DNA from: an uncultured Acidobacteriaceae bacterium
GTDB lineage: Bacteria > Acidobacteriota > Terriglobia > Terriglobales > Acidobacteriaceae
Length of the DNA stretch: 64,000 nt
Assembly (NCBI GenBank): GCA_963837245.1
Contig: CAWIMR010000029.1
Coordinates: 347,537-411,536 of the forward strand
Reading direction: 5' to 3'
The position numbers and the translations under genes are program-made. Positions 27,781 through 37,559 of this stretch are shown here, piece after piece. Numbering within the stretch: position 1 is the stretch's first letter; each line of letters begins with the position of its first letter. The notes under the pieces are model-generated. The model was not told the origin of the DNA. It searched no databases and saw nothing but the letters and a program-made list of their open reading frames with translations.

Positions 27781-30219
27781 ATGCGCAGCTTCATGGATGA
27801 TCTCCGTTACGCCTTCCGCCAAATGATGAAGTCGCCTGGATTTGCCGCCGTCGTCATCATCACCCTGGCGCTGGGCATTGGCGCCAATACGGCCGTCTTC
27901 AGCGTGATTGACGCGGTAATGCTGCGCCCGCTGCCCTATGACAATCCGGCGGGCCTGATTGACGCTCAATCTGCCGGGACACAGAATCCGCAGGCGAGTT
28001 CCGTCTCGTATCCCGACTTCTTCGATTGGCGCGCCCAGAATCGCACGCTCGAACACCTGGTTTCCTACCATGACAACTCCTTCACGTTGACCGGAGTGGC
28101 GCGGCCGGTGCACGTGGATGGCGAGATCGTCTCGTGGGACCTGCTGCCGACGCTGGGCGTGAATCCCGAGTTCGGGCGCGGCTTCACCGCTGATGAAGAA
28201 AAGCAAGGAACCAAGGTTATCCTGATCAGCCACGCCTTATGGGTTGAGCAATTCGCCGCGGACAAGTCCATCCTGGGCCGCACCGTAAATCTCAGTGGGA
28301 ATCCTTACACCATCATCGGCGTCATGCCAGCTTCGTTTCGCTTCCCCGTGACTTCGCCGCAGAACGCTGTCTGGACCACGCTGGCGGTGGATAACGATCC
28401 CACAGACACTAAGCCGATCACGGGTCAGCGGGGCGCTCACTTCCTTAGCACGATCGGACGGATAAAGCCCGGCGTCACAGTCGCGCAGGTGGACCAGGAC
28501 CTCAAGCACATTGCGGGCAACCTGGCGAAGCAATATCCCAACTCGAACGCGCGCCACGATTCTGCCAGAGTAGTGACCGAACTTGCGGCGTTGATCGGCG
28601 ACACACGAACCGCTCTCATGGTGGTGTTGGGAGCGGTGGCGATGGTGCTCCTGATAGCCTGCGCCAACATCGCCAACCTTCTGCTGGCGCGCATGCGCGA
28701 GCGGCAACGCGAGATCGCCATGCGCGCAGCCCTGGGCGCCAATCGCAAGCGCATCATCCGGCAACTGCTGGTGGAGAGCTTGGTACTGAGCACGGTCGGC
28801 GGGCTGGCCGGTTGCGGTCTGGCGTTCGCGGCTACGCCTGCCATGCTGTCGCTCATCGGAGAAAGTGTTCCGCGTGCCGCCAATGCCGGAGTGGATTTGC
28901 GCGTACTCGGCTTTGCGGTGCTACTGTCGTTTCTCGCAGGGCTCATCTTTGGGATCGTCCCGGCGATCACCGCGTCCAAGACCGATCTGGTCACCACGTT
29001 GAAGGAAAGCGGACGCACCGAAGTCTCGCATCGCGATTGGCTGCGGTCCTCTCTGATCGTAGGACAGGTCGCGCTCGGCCTGGTCCTCACGGCCGGCGCT
29101 GGGTTGCTCATCGCCAGCTTCGTACACCTGCTGCACACCAACGAAGGCTTCAATCCCGACCATCTGCTCACCTTCTACTTCGAGCTGCCCGATTCGCAAT
29201 ACAAGCAGACGCGTCCGGAGTTCTATCGCAACTACTTCGAGAAGGTGCGCGCGATCCCGGGCGTGCAATCGGCGGGCGGAATCATGGTCCTGCCCATGAC
29301 CTACGACCGGGTGATCATCACCTTCGAGGACCCGGAGCATCCGGTGCCGGAAGCGCTCCAGCCGTTCGCCGATCTTGCGCCGGTCTCGCCCGGATTCTTC
29401 AGCACTATGCAGGTTCCCTTGCTCGAGGGGCGCGACTTCACCGAGCGTGATGACGCGAAGGGTCAACCGGTGATGATGGTGAATCAGGCCTTCGCGCAGA
29501 AGTTCTTTCCCGGAGAGAGTGTGATCGGCAAGAAGCTCAAGCCGGGCGCGGGCAACGGCGCCAAGGACGGCCCGCCGTGGCGCGAGATTGTGGGTGTCGT
29601 CGGCAACATCCGGCTGCAGGCGACGGAGCGCTCGTTGAAGCCGGCGATGTACCTGCCGGCGGCGCAGATGAACACCTGGTGTTGCCTGTACACCGTGCTG
29701 CGCACAGCGGTCGAGCCGCGCAGCCTTGAGCCAACCCTGCGCCAACTGGTTTCGTCTCTCGATGCCGACGTCCCGGTAACGCAGGTCCACACCATGCAAG
29801 AGCTGATGTCCATTCAGTTTTCGCAGCCACGTTTTGCGATGGTGCTTCTCGGCACCTTTGCCGGATTGGCGATCGTGCTCACCGTCGTCGGCCTCTACGG
29901 CGTAATGACGTACTCGGTGGCTCGCCGCACGCGCGAGATCGGGGTGCGCATGGCTTTGGGCGCGCGACGCGGCAACGTGTTGAAGATGGTGTTGCGCGAC
30001 GCTGCGATCCTCCTCGCGATTGGGGTTGCCGTCGGCATCGCCGCTTCACTGGTTTCCGCTTCCGTGCTGCGAAGCATGTTGTACGGGACCGGTCCGCGCA
30101 ATCCACTGGTGTTGGTGCTCGTGTGCATCGCGGTGGGGCTGGCGGGCTTGATTGCGGCGTATATTCCGGCGTTCCGCGCCGCTTCCATCGAGCCCATGCA
30201 AGCCTTGCGGAGCGAGTGA
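27781..30219 (+). CDS. MacB-like ABC transporter permease with duplicated FtsX domain ('ADOP' family)
   Basis: N-terminal MRSFMDDLRYAFRQMMKSPGFAAVVIITLALGIGANTAVFSVIDAV signature and two FtsX 4-TM modules; 812 aa. Confidence 0.85.
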   Translation: MRSFMDDLRYAFRQMMKSPGFAAVVIITLALGIGANTAVFSVIDAVMLRPLPYDNPAGLIDAQSAGTQNPQASSVSYPDFFDWRAQNRTLEHLVSYHDNSFTLTGVARPVHVDGEIVSWDLLPTLGVNPEFGRGFTADEEKQGTKVILISHALWVEQFAADKSILGRTVNLSGNPYTIIGVMPASFRFPVTSPQNAVWTTLAVDNDPTDTKPITGQRGAHFLSTIGRIKPGVTVAQVDQDLKHIAGNLAKQYPNSNARHDSARVVTELAALIGDTRTALMVVLGAVAMVLLIACANIANLLLARMRERQREIAMRAALGANRKRIIRQLLVESLVLSTVGGLAGCGLAFAATPAMLSLIGESVPRAANAGVDLRVLGFAVLLSFLAGLIFGIVPAITASKTDLVTTLKESGRTEVSHRDWLRSSLIVGQVALGLVLTAGAGLLIASFVHLLHTNEGFNPDHLLTFYFELPDSQYKQTRPEFYRNYFEKVRAIPGVQSAGGIMVLPMTYDRVIITFEDPEHPVPEALQPFADLAPVSPGFFSTMQVPLLEGRDFTERDDAKGQPVMMVNQAFAQKFFPGESVIGKKLKPGAGNGAKDGPPWREIVGVVGNIRLQATERSLKPAMYLPAAQMNTWCCLYTVLRTAVEPRSLEPTLRQLVSSLDADVPVTQVHTMQELMSIQFSQPRFAMVLLGTFAGLAIVLTVVGLYGVMTYSVARRTREIGVRMALGARRGNVLKMVLRDAAILLAIGVAVGIAASLVSASVLRSMLYGTGPRNPLVLVLVCIAVGLAGLIAAYIPAFRAASIEPMQALRSE

Positions 30220-30417
30220 CGACTCGCTTTCTTGCGTTTGTCATCCCCAGCGAGGGCTTCAGTCCGAGCGGAGCTCCAGATTTTCTCGGCTGAAGGGGAT
30301 CCCTTCGCGATTCTGATTCCACAGCGAGTTACGTTGGTTTATAGTGGGCTGCTCGTGATATCCGACTTGCGGGCGAACAGCCTGGCGCTGCCGTGCGAAG
30401 CCGGGCAACATTGAAAG

Positions 30418-30873
30418 GTGACCATGGCTGACTGGGTCCACACGTTCAAAGGTGCGGTGCTGGCTTCGGAGTACGACTTTGCCAGCCACATGAATTCGCG
30501 GATGTATGTTTCGCGCTTCGATCAGGCAACCTGGTTTCTGCTGCACGCGATTGGCGTTACGCCAGCTTCGATGAAGCAGAAGAACCTGCGCGTGGCCATG
30601 GTCCGCCAGAACTACCAGTTTCTGGAGGAGCTGCGCGGCGGCGAGCTGGTGGAAATCAAGAGCGGCTTCCTCACCGTGGGCGAAAAATATTTCCGCTTCC
30701 TGCATCAGATGTACAACGACGAGACCGGCAATATGGTTGCCACCTGTGATTGCGTTGCCGTCCAAGCCAGCCTCGAAACCGGTAAGAGCGTTCCCTTGAC
30801 CGATGCCCTCCAGGAGAAGGCCAAGCAACACCTGGTGTCGGCGAATGTGCCGCTGGATTCCGAGGTCGGATAA
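30418..30873 (+). CDS. hotdog-fold acyl-CoA thioesterase family protein
   Basis: 151 aa; 4HBT-like composition/length. Weak call. Confidence 0.55.
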   Translation: MTMADWVHTFKGAVLASEYDFASHMNSRMYVSRFDQATWFLLHAIGVTPASMKQKNLRVAMVRQNYQFLEELRGGELVEIKSGFLTVGEKYFRFLHQMYNDETGNMVATCDCVAVQASLETGKSVPLTDALQEKAKQHLVSANVPLDSEVG

Positions 30874-31049
30874 CCTGCCATAGCTCAGCCTTAAACTGGC
30901 ACACATCGGTGTCGAATCGAGATCAAACATGTGAGGCGTGGTTGGCGTGGACAGTCGTCAATAGGCGATGGTAAGCTTGCCCTCCGATTGCTCGCGTGCG
31001 AGGGCATTTCTCAAGAGCGAGACCCTCCGGCCGTGCGAGGATGACAACG

Positions 31050-32140
31050 ATGGCATCCGATCCGATCACCGCGCCCGTAGCGTTGAGCGCTACCAGGGGC
31101 ATCGCCCAACCGGTAACCGCAGCGCTGGCTCGCGCCGCCATCTTTCTCGTGGTGACTTTAAAACCCGGCCCCGACAATCGCACGGCCCTTCGATCGTTTT
31201 GTGGGGACCTGGCCGCGTTGTTGCGCGCCGTGGGATTTCGCGACCTTGAGGCGGGGCTCTCCTGTGTCCTGGGGTTTGGGTCGGAAGCCTGGGATCGGCT
31301 GTTCGGGCTGCTGCGGCCGGCAGAGCTACATCCATTCCGTGAGATTCGTGCCGGGGCCCGGCATGCCGTCTCTACACCGGGCGACTTGCTGTTTCACATC
31401 CGCGCGAAGCGCATGGACTTGTGCTTCGAGTTGGCGACGCAAATCATGGCACGCATCGGCGATGCGGTTTCGCCGGTCGACGAGGTGCATGGCTTCCGTT
31501 ACTTCGACGACCGCGACCTCCTCGGTTTTGTCGACGGAACGGAGAATCCGACTGGCCAGGCTGCGATCGACGCCGTGGTTGTCGGCGAGGAGGATGCCAT
31601 GTTCGCTGGCGGCAGCTACGTCATCGTGCAAAAGTATCTTCACGACCTTGCGGGATGGAACGGGCTGACCACCGAGGCGCAGGAACGAATCATTGGCCGC
31701 ACGAAACTATCTGACATCGAATTGGACGACTCCATCAAGCCAACCTCAGCCCACAACGCACTCACGACCATCGTCGAAGATGGGAAAGAGATCAAGATCC
31801 TGCGCGATAACATGCCCTTCGGGTCGGTTGCGCAAGGTGAGTTTGGCACCTATTTCATTGGCTATAGCCGGTCGCCCAGCACGATTGAGCAAATGCTGGA
31901 GAACATGTTTATTGGTCGCCCGCCGGGCAACTACGATCGGCTGCTCGATTTCAGTCGCGCCGTCACCGGAAACTTGTTTTTTGCGCCCTCCGCGACATTT
32001 CTGGAAGACGTAGCCGAGGATCAGCCTGCGGTTGTAGGGGTTTCCGCCCAAGCCAGCGGTCGAAGCTTCTTTGCCCGCTGCGCGAGAACGACGGTTCGCT
32101 GGGTATCGGTTCCCTTAAAGGAGACATTCCCCATGAATAA
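31050..32140 (+). CDS. Dyp-type (dye-decolorizing) haem peroxidase, encapsulin cargo with C-terminal targeting peptide; the linker region carries two apparent 1-nt indels
   Basis: Frame 0: FRYFDDRDLLGFVDGTENP (DyP GXXDG motif) ... NLFFAPSATFLEDV. The -1 frame ends ...RENDGSLGIGSLKGDIPHE* (canonical encapsulin cargo-loading peptide) with its TAA at 32138-32140. A Pro/Ala-rich linker GFPPKPAVEASLPAARE is readable in the third frame between them. GAGGA Shine-Dalgarno before ATG 31050. Confidence 0.85.
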
Positions 32141-32951
32141 TCTGCATCGAGAGCTTGCCCCCATTTCCGATGCCGCTTGGGCCCAGATCGAAGAGGAAAC
32201 ATCGCGCACGCTCAAGCGCCACCTCGCAGGACGGCACGTAGTGGACCTGCATGGGCCAGCGGGCGCAAGCCTCTCCGCCGTCGGTACGGGACATCTGCTG
32301 ACGATCCCGGCGCCGGGCGACGGCGTCGTCGCCGGACAGCGCGAACTAAAGGCGCTGGTCGAGATCCGTGTTCCATTCGAACTGGAGCGCCAGGCCATCG
32401 ATGACGTCGAGCGCGGCGCGAACGACTCAGACTGGCAGCCGGCGAAGGACGCCGCGCGCAAGCTCGCTTATGCCGAGGATGGCGCCATCTTCGATGGCTA
32501 TCCCGCCGCTGGAATCGTGGGCATTCGGCAAGGGACCAGCAATCCGGCGATGACCCTCCCCGGCGATGTGCGAGAGTACCCGGTAGCAATTGCCCAAGGC
32601 CTGAGCCAATTGCGGCTTGTCGGCGTCAATGGCCCCTATGCCGTGCTCCTCGATGCCAACGTTTACACTGCGCTGGCCGAGACCAGCGATCAAGGATATC
32701 CGGTACTGGAACATGTCAAACGGCTCGTCGACAACAAAATCATCTGGGCGCCCGCCATCCAGGGTGCTTTTGTGGTCACCACCCGTGGCGGCGATTTTGA
32801 CCTGCACATCGGCCAGGATGTCTCCATTGGCTATTTGAATCACACCGATGCCGCTGTCAGCCTCTACTTGCAGGAGACATTCACTTTCCTGATGCTCACG
32901 GCTGAGGCAGCCATCGCGCTGGCTCCGCCGGTGAAGTCGCAGAAGAACTGA
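32133..32951 (+). CDS. family 1 encapsulin nanocompartment shell protein (HK97-fold, linocin M18-like)
   Basis: MNNLHRELAPISDAAWAQIEEETSRTLKRHLAGRHVVDL...SNPAMTLPGD...GPYAVLLDANVYTALAETSDQGYPVLEHVKRLV..IIWAPAIQGAFVVTTRGGDFDLHIGQDVSIGY...YLQETFTF matches the M. tuberculosis Cfp29/Rv0798c-type encapsulin almost motif-for-motif. AAGGAG Shine-Dalgarno 8 nt upstream; the start overlaps the DyP stop (ATGAATAA). Confidence 0.9.
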   Translation: MNNLHRELAPISDAAWAQIEEETSRTLKRHLAGRHVVDLHGPAGASLSAVGTGHLLTIPAPGDGVVAGQRELKALVEIRVPFELERQAIDDVERGANDSDWQPAKDAARKLAYAEDGAIFDGYPAAGIVGIRQGTSNPAMTLPGDVREYPVAIAQGLSQLRLVGVNGPYAVLLDANVYTALAETSDQGYPVLEHVKRLVDNKIIWAPAIQGAFVVTTRGGDFDLHIGQDVSIGYLNHTDAAVSLYLQETFTFLMLTAEAAIALAPPVKSQKN

Positions 32952-33098
32952 CGCGTTTGCCGACTGCAAGTGTCCGGAAATCGGCCGAGTCTGTTGTCAA
33001 GTTTAAAGGGTTATCCGGGTCCGGGAAAAGCCTGCCAGCTCGAATCTCGACGAGCTGATGCGAAAACTCTCGCTGGCGCAATGATCCGGCAAAATCAG

Positions 33099-33125
33099 AA
33101 AAGGGCACTCGCGCGAGTGCCCTTT
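33099..33125. terminator. bidirectional intrinsic terminator between encapsulin and the convergent TonB-dependent-receptor-like gene
   Basis: AAAA-GGGCACTCGCGCGAGTGCCC-TTT, a perfect 20-nt palindrome flanked by A4/T3. Confidence 0.5.
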
Positions 33126-33149
33126 GACTGCACCTCCGATTCTCTTCGA

Positions 33150-36100
33150 TCAGAAGTTAACGCGGAACCCGAACTCCATGGCTCGGGGCGTATTGCCTTG
33201 GCCCGGCGAGGTACCCCAGGAACTCGGGCTGCTGGTGTCGAGGTAATCATTCCCCTGGGTGCCCCCGAAACCAGGATCGAAGAACACCACGTGGTTAAAG
33301 AGATTGAGAAACACGGCCTGCGCTTCAAAACTGACGCGTTCTGTAATCTTGAAGTTTTTCTTCAGGCTGAAATCCACGTTCCAGTACGGTAGCCCACGCA
33401 GGACGCCGATTCCCCCGTCGCGGGTGTCATAGCCAAGAATGGGCTGCCGAATTGAGTTGTACACGGCTGCTGGATCGGCCCAGATATTGACAGGCAGTGA
33501 GCCGCCCGTGCCGACACCATTCGCTGAGGTAACGTTGTAATGTACGCCACTGCTGGGGATCGGTCCTATTGGGATTGCATTTTCGGAGACTCCATTGCCG
33601 AAGAAGTTCACCGAATCGCCTTCGCCGAAGGCCTGCCCGCCACCGTTGACCGTGCCCAGAGTCATGGGCAAGCCACTGCCAGCGACGAAAATCGGCGCGA
33701 AAGTCCAGCCTCCCAGCAGGCGCCCCTTCCACCCCGCCTGTCCCTTGAAGAAGGCAGGCTGGTACACCATGAACAGGTTGTAAACCAGCGTGCGGTCAAA
33801 CCCCTGCAAGCCGTATTGCGTGTGCAGGTTAAACGGGTCGATCGTCGTATCCTCGCTAGTGGCCTGAACCAACGCGCCCGTACCCAGCGCCTTCGACCAG
33901 GTGAAGTTCGACTGCATGGTCAGGCCTTTCCAGTCTGACATCTTGACGGAGATGAAACCGGCGTTGTAATTGCCGTAGCCCAGGCTGGCGTTGACTCCAA
34001 CACCGCTGCTAAGCTGCCCATTGGCGCCGAACTGCCCACCCTGAATGGGAGTATTCAGCATGCTACGCGGGAAGTTGAACCCGCCGTTGTCCAGATCGCT
34101 CCACAGGCTCCACACGTTCTGGATGTCGAGGTTGCCGCTGCCATTAGCGGCGCCTTCTTTGAACGCCACTGCTGCGGTGCAGCTCGAGAACCCATTGCAA
34201 TACCCGGTGCCCGCCAAGGCCGTCTCAAAAAACGGCTGCGGCGTGACTGTCTGGTAACGAATTAGCGTTAGCAGCGCAATTGCTGCCGCGAAGCCCGTTG
34301 ATGCCGCCACAATATTGGAGCACCAGGTTGGCGTAGGCCTTGTCGAAGCGCTGGCCGCCCAGCGTCATCATGTAGGGCACGGAGTTGATGTTAATGGGCT
34401 GGTACTCGTGGGTGATGTGGCGCCCGATATAGCCGAGTTCCATGCTCACCTGGCGCGACAACTGGTGCTGAAACGAGAGGCTCCACGAGTCCACCACGTT
34501 GGGGCGGAAATTCGGGTCCAAAGCCTCACCCGCGCCAGCGGCGATGTCGTTAATACCAGGAAAGTCCGGTTGCGGAAGGGTCGGACTGGCCGGCGGCAAG
34601 GGCGCGTTTAAGCCATTGATGCCGACGCGGAAAGCCGTGGCTGGGTTCGAACCGGAAGAGCTGCCTGCGCAGGTACCATTGGCCAACGCCCCGATGCACT
34701 GTACCGGTTGGATCAGTCCAGTGCCCAACAGCGGCACCAGGACCAGGTCCACCCCATTCAACCGGCCGTAGATTCGACCGTAACCGCCCCGTATGACTGT
34801 GTTGCCGTCGCCCCACGGATCCCATGCGGCCGCAATTCGCGGACTCCATTCTCCGTAATAGGGATTGTAGGGGTATTTGGGGTGTCCCGCGACGTTATCA
34901 ATCAAGGAGAAACCAACCGTCGGGTTATAGACCTGTCCCTGTAAGGCTGCGCTCTCCCGCGAATTCAAGTAGTTCGTGACGCTGATGGGCTTGTCATTCG
35001 AGTCCACCAATATGACTTGCTTACCATTCGCCTCCACCGGCGGCATTTCCAGCGTCCATCCCAGACCGTAGGTCAGAGTGAACCTTGGATTGATGCGCCA
35101 CGTGTCGCTGAAGTACACGTTGTAATAAGGAATGGTGCTCTGGTCGTAGGCCGGCGTTAGCGGAGGATTCAGATTCAGCGCTTTCCCCGACCGGGTGTAG
35201 GCGATCTGCGCGATGGAGACGATACCCAACGTGGCGGCGTAGTCCCGACCCCAGTTCGCTGTGGGAACAAGCGGATTCCCGTTTGCATCGGATGGGACAT
35301 ATCCCGACAAGTTGATTCCGGCGCCGCTGGTCGTACCGAGCTGGTACACGGGGTAGTAGTTAATGCCACCGCCGTTATCGGTACGCTGATGATAGTTCCA
35401 GTTGTGCTGGTACTGACCGCCAAATTGCAGGGTATGCCTGCCTTTGAGCATGGTCACGTCATCCTTAAGCATCCAGTCGTGCCCATCCCAGAAGCGAGTT
35501 CGTGTCCCCTGCGTGTTCACGTTATAGGGGGCGAGGACGTTGGTCCCATTTTCACCCCACGGTTCCAGCGCGCCTCCCAAACCAGGGATCTGCACCGGGT
35601 CTCCTTCAGTGTTCCAGGACCAATAGTTGCGCAGATAGCTATAGTGTAAGTCGTTCGTCGTATTGGTACTGATGTTGGTAGTCAGCCCTGCCACCAGATA
35701 CCACGGCACCTGCGGGTTGTTAGAGACGGCGGCTGGGACACCCAGCTTGTCGCCTGGGAAAAAGCCCCCAATATCAATCTGCCGAGTGGTCACCGGAGTG
35801 AGATGGTAATACCGGTAACTCGACATGAAGTGCCACTTGTCGCCAAAATCGTGGTCCAGGCGAGCGACGCCGAAATTGTCGTCCTGCGGGGTCGACATGT
35901 TGGCTTTGAAGCCTAGAATGTTCGTACCGTCGCAACGGCTGAGGCCGCAGGTGGATTCATTCGACATCGGCATATACTTATTCACATCTGCTGCACTACA
36001 GGGTTTATTCCAATACCCAGCGGATCCCAATCCTTCAGGTTGTAGTTGACTCCATTGAAGGTGAGGATGCCGTTACGCATGTTTTCCGATGGAACCGGCC

Positions 36101-37148
36101 TTTCTATGGTTTGCGAATACGGCCAGCGGAAGCCTTGATACATGCCATAAAAATAAGTTTTGCCGCCCAGCATCTTGGGGAGGATGGGTCCGCCAGCTCC
36201 TGCTCCAAACCGGCTGTAGTGCCAGTTCGGTAGTGGCGTACCGGTAAAGTTGTTGTCCCAAGTATTTGCCGAGAAGTTGTTATCCAGATAGTACTCAAAG
36301 ACCGTGCCGTGCCAGACGTTGGTGCCGCGCTTGGTCACGACCTGCACCTGCGCTCCCGACGAGCTGTTGAAATCGGCGCCTTGCAGGGCAGTGCTGACCT
36401 TGAATTCCTCGACGCTGTCAATCGGAGTCGGCATCACTCCAGTCGGGCCTGCAGCTCCGGTATAAGCCTGATTGGCAATGCCACCGGTGGGGTCGTGGGC
36501 GGCGTAGCTGGTGGTGTACACGCTCATACTGCCATCCATGTCGTTGGTGTTGTTGCCACCATCGAGCATGAAGGTACTCTGGTCCACCACGGTACCCGCC
36601 ACGCTGCCATCAGGGCTGACGCCGGGCTGCAATTCTACGAAGGTACTGACGTCGCGGTCCTGGCTGGGCAGGGATTGCAGCGCCAGTCCGGTGACGGTAT
36701 TGCCGATGGTAGCGTTCGTAGTCTGTAATTCCACCCCAGTGGCCGCCACCTCAATGGTCTGGGTTGCCGTGCCCACTTCCAGCGTGGCGTTAGCAGTGGT
36801 AGGCGTACCAATCTTTACCTGCTGGGCGCCAATCCTGAATTTCTTGAAACCTGACTTGGTCACCGTGATGTCGTAAGTGCTCGGCGGCACGTTGACAAAG
36901 GTATAGAAACCAGCACTGTTGCTGGTGGCTGTGCGCGTCTCTTGCGTGGCCGTGTCGGTCAGGGTGATCGTCGCATTCGGAACCACCGCGCCAGTCTTGT
37001 CGCTAACCGTCCCGGCAACAGTGCCGCCGGATGCGACTTGTGTCCAAGCCGGTACTGCGCCGACCCAAAGCAGGATAGCGGCCATAAGGCCAAAGGTTGC
37101 AAGGAACGAACGTGACGGGAAAGGGTCCCGAAGCTCAGGTCGTGTCAT
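33150..37148 (-). pseudogene. TonB-dependent-receptor-like outer-membrane protein with N-terminal carboxypeptidase-regulatory-like domain (paralog 2), split into three ORFs by two frameshifts
   Basis: ORFs 35982-37205, 34225-36030 and 33150-34310 are collinear pieces homologous to the intact 39435-43031 paralog. They carry a signal peptide, a CarbopepD_reg-like N-terminus (TVAGTVSD..GAVVPNATITLT) and the C-terminal ...PRAMEFGFRVNF* beta-barrel terminus. GGAGGG Shine-Dalgarno before ATG 37148. Confidence 0.7.
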
Positions 37149-37559
37149 TTCTCCCTCCAGAGGTTGACTTGCGTCTAACGTCTGACTTCGCGGATTGGCA
37201 AACAACTATCTAGGCCGCTTGAAAAGAGAGATCCTAACGACAGAAGGCCGAACCGAATTGGGTCTTGAAATGCACCAGCACCTGCCTCTTCGCCCAGAGA
37301 AAACGACAGAGATCTCGGCACCAGCTAAGCGCTCCGAGAACCACCCAAATCCCAAATCTTAAGATCGGAGCGCGGCAAGAATTGGGCACAATGACAGCAT
37401 TTGAGTATCCAAATGTGAAAGCCGGTTAACGTTATGAAAATATTGTAGATTTCCAGAACTGGATTCCAATAAGGTTACGAAATCCTGAATATTTCACGGA
37501 AGCGACATCCAATTTCCCATAGATGACGCCGCGCGGTTGAGGCGGATCGGGCAATCGGC

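Noticed and set aside
30996-32951. Taking the 651-aa ORF at face value as a natural DyP-encapsulin fusion protein
   Set aside because: A complete cargo-loading peptide and its stop codon are readable in the -1 frame, with an AAGGAG Shine-Dalgarno and overlapping ATG for the shell gene. The ancestral state is therefore clearly two genes. The in-frame read-through needs two single-nucleotide indels at homopolymers, and similar indels occur in unrelated genes of this window.
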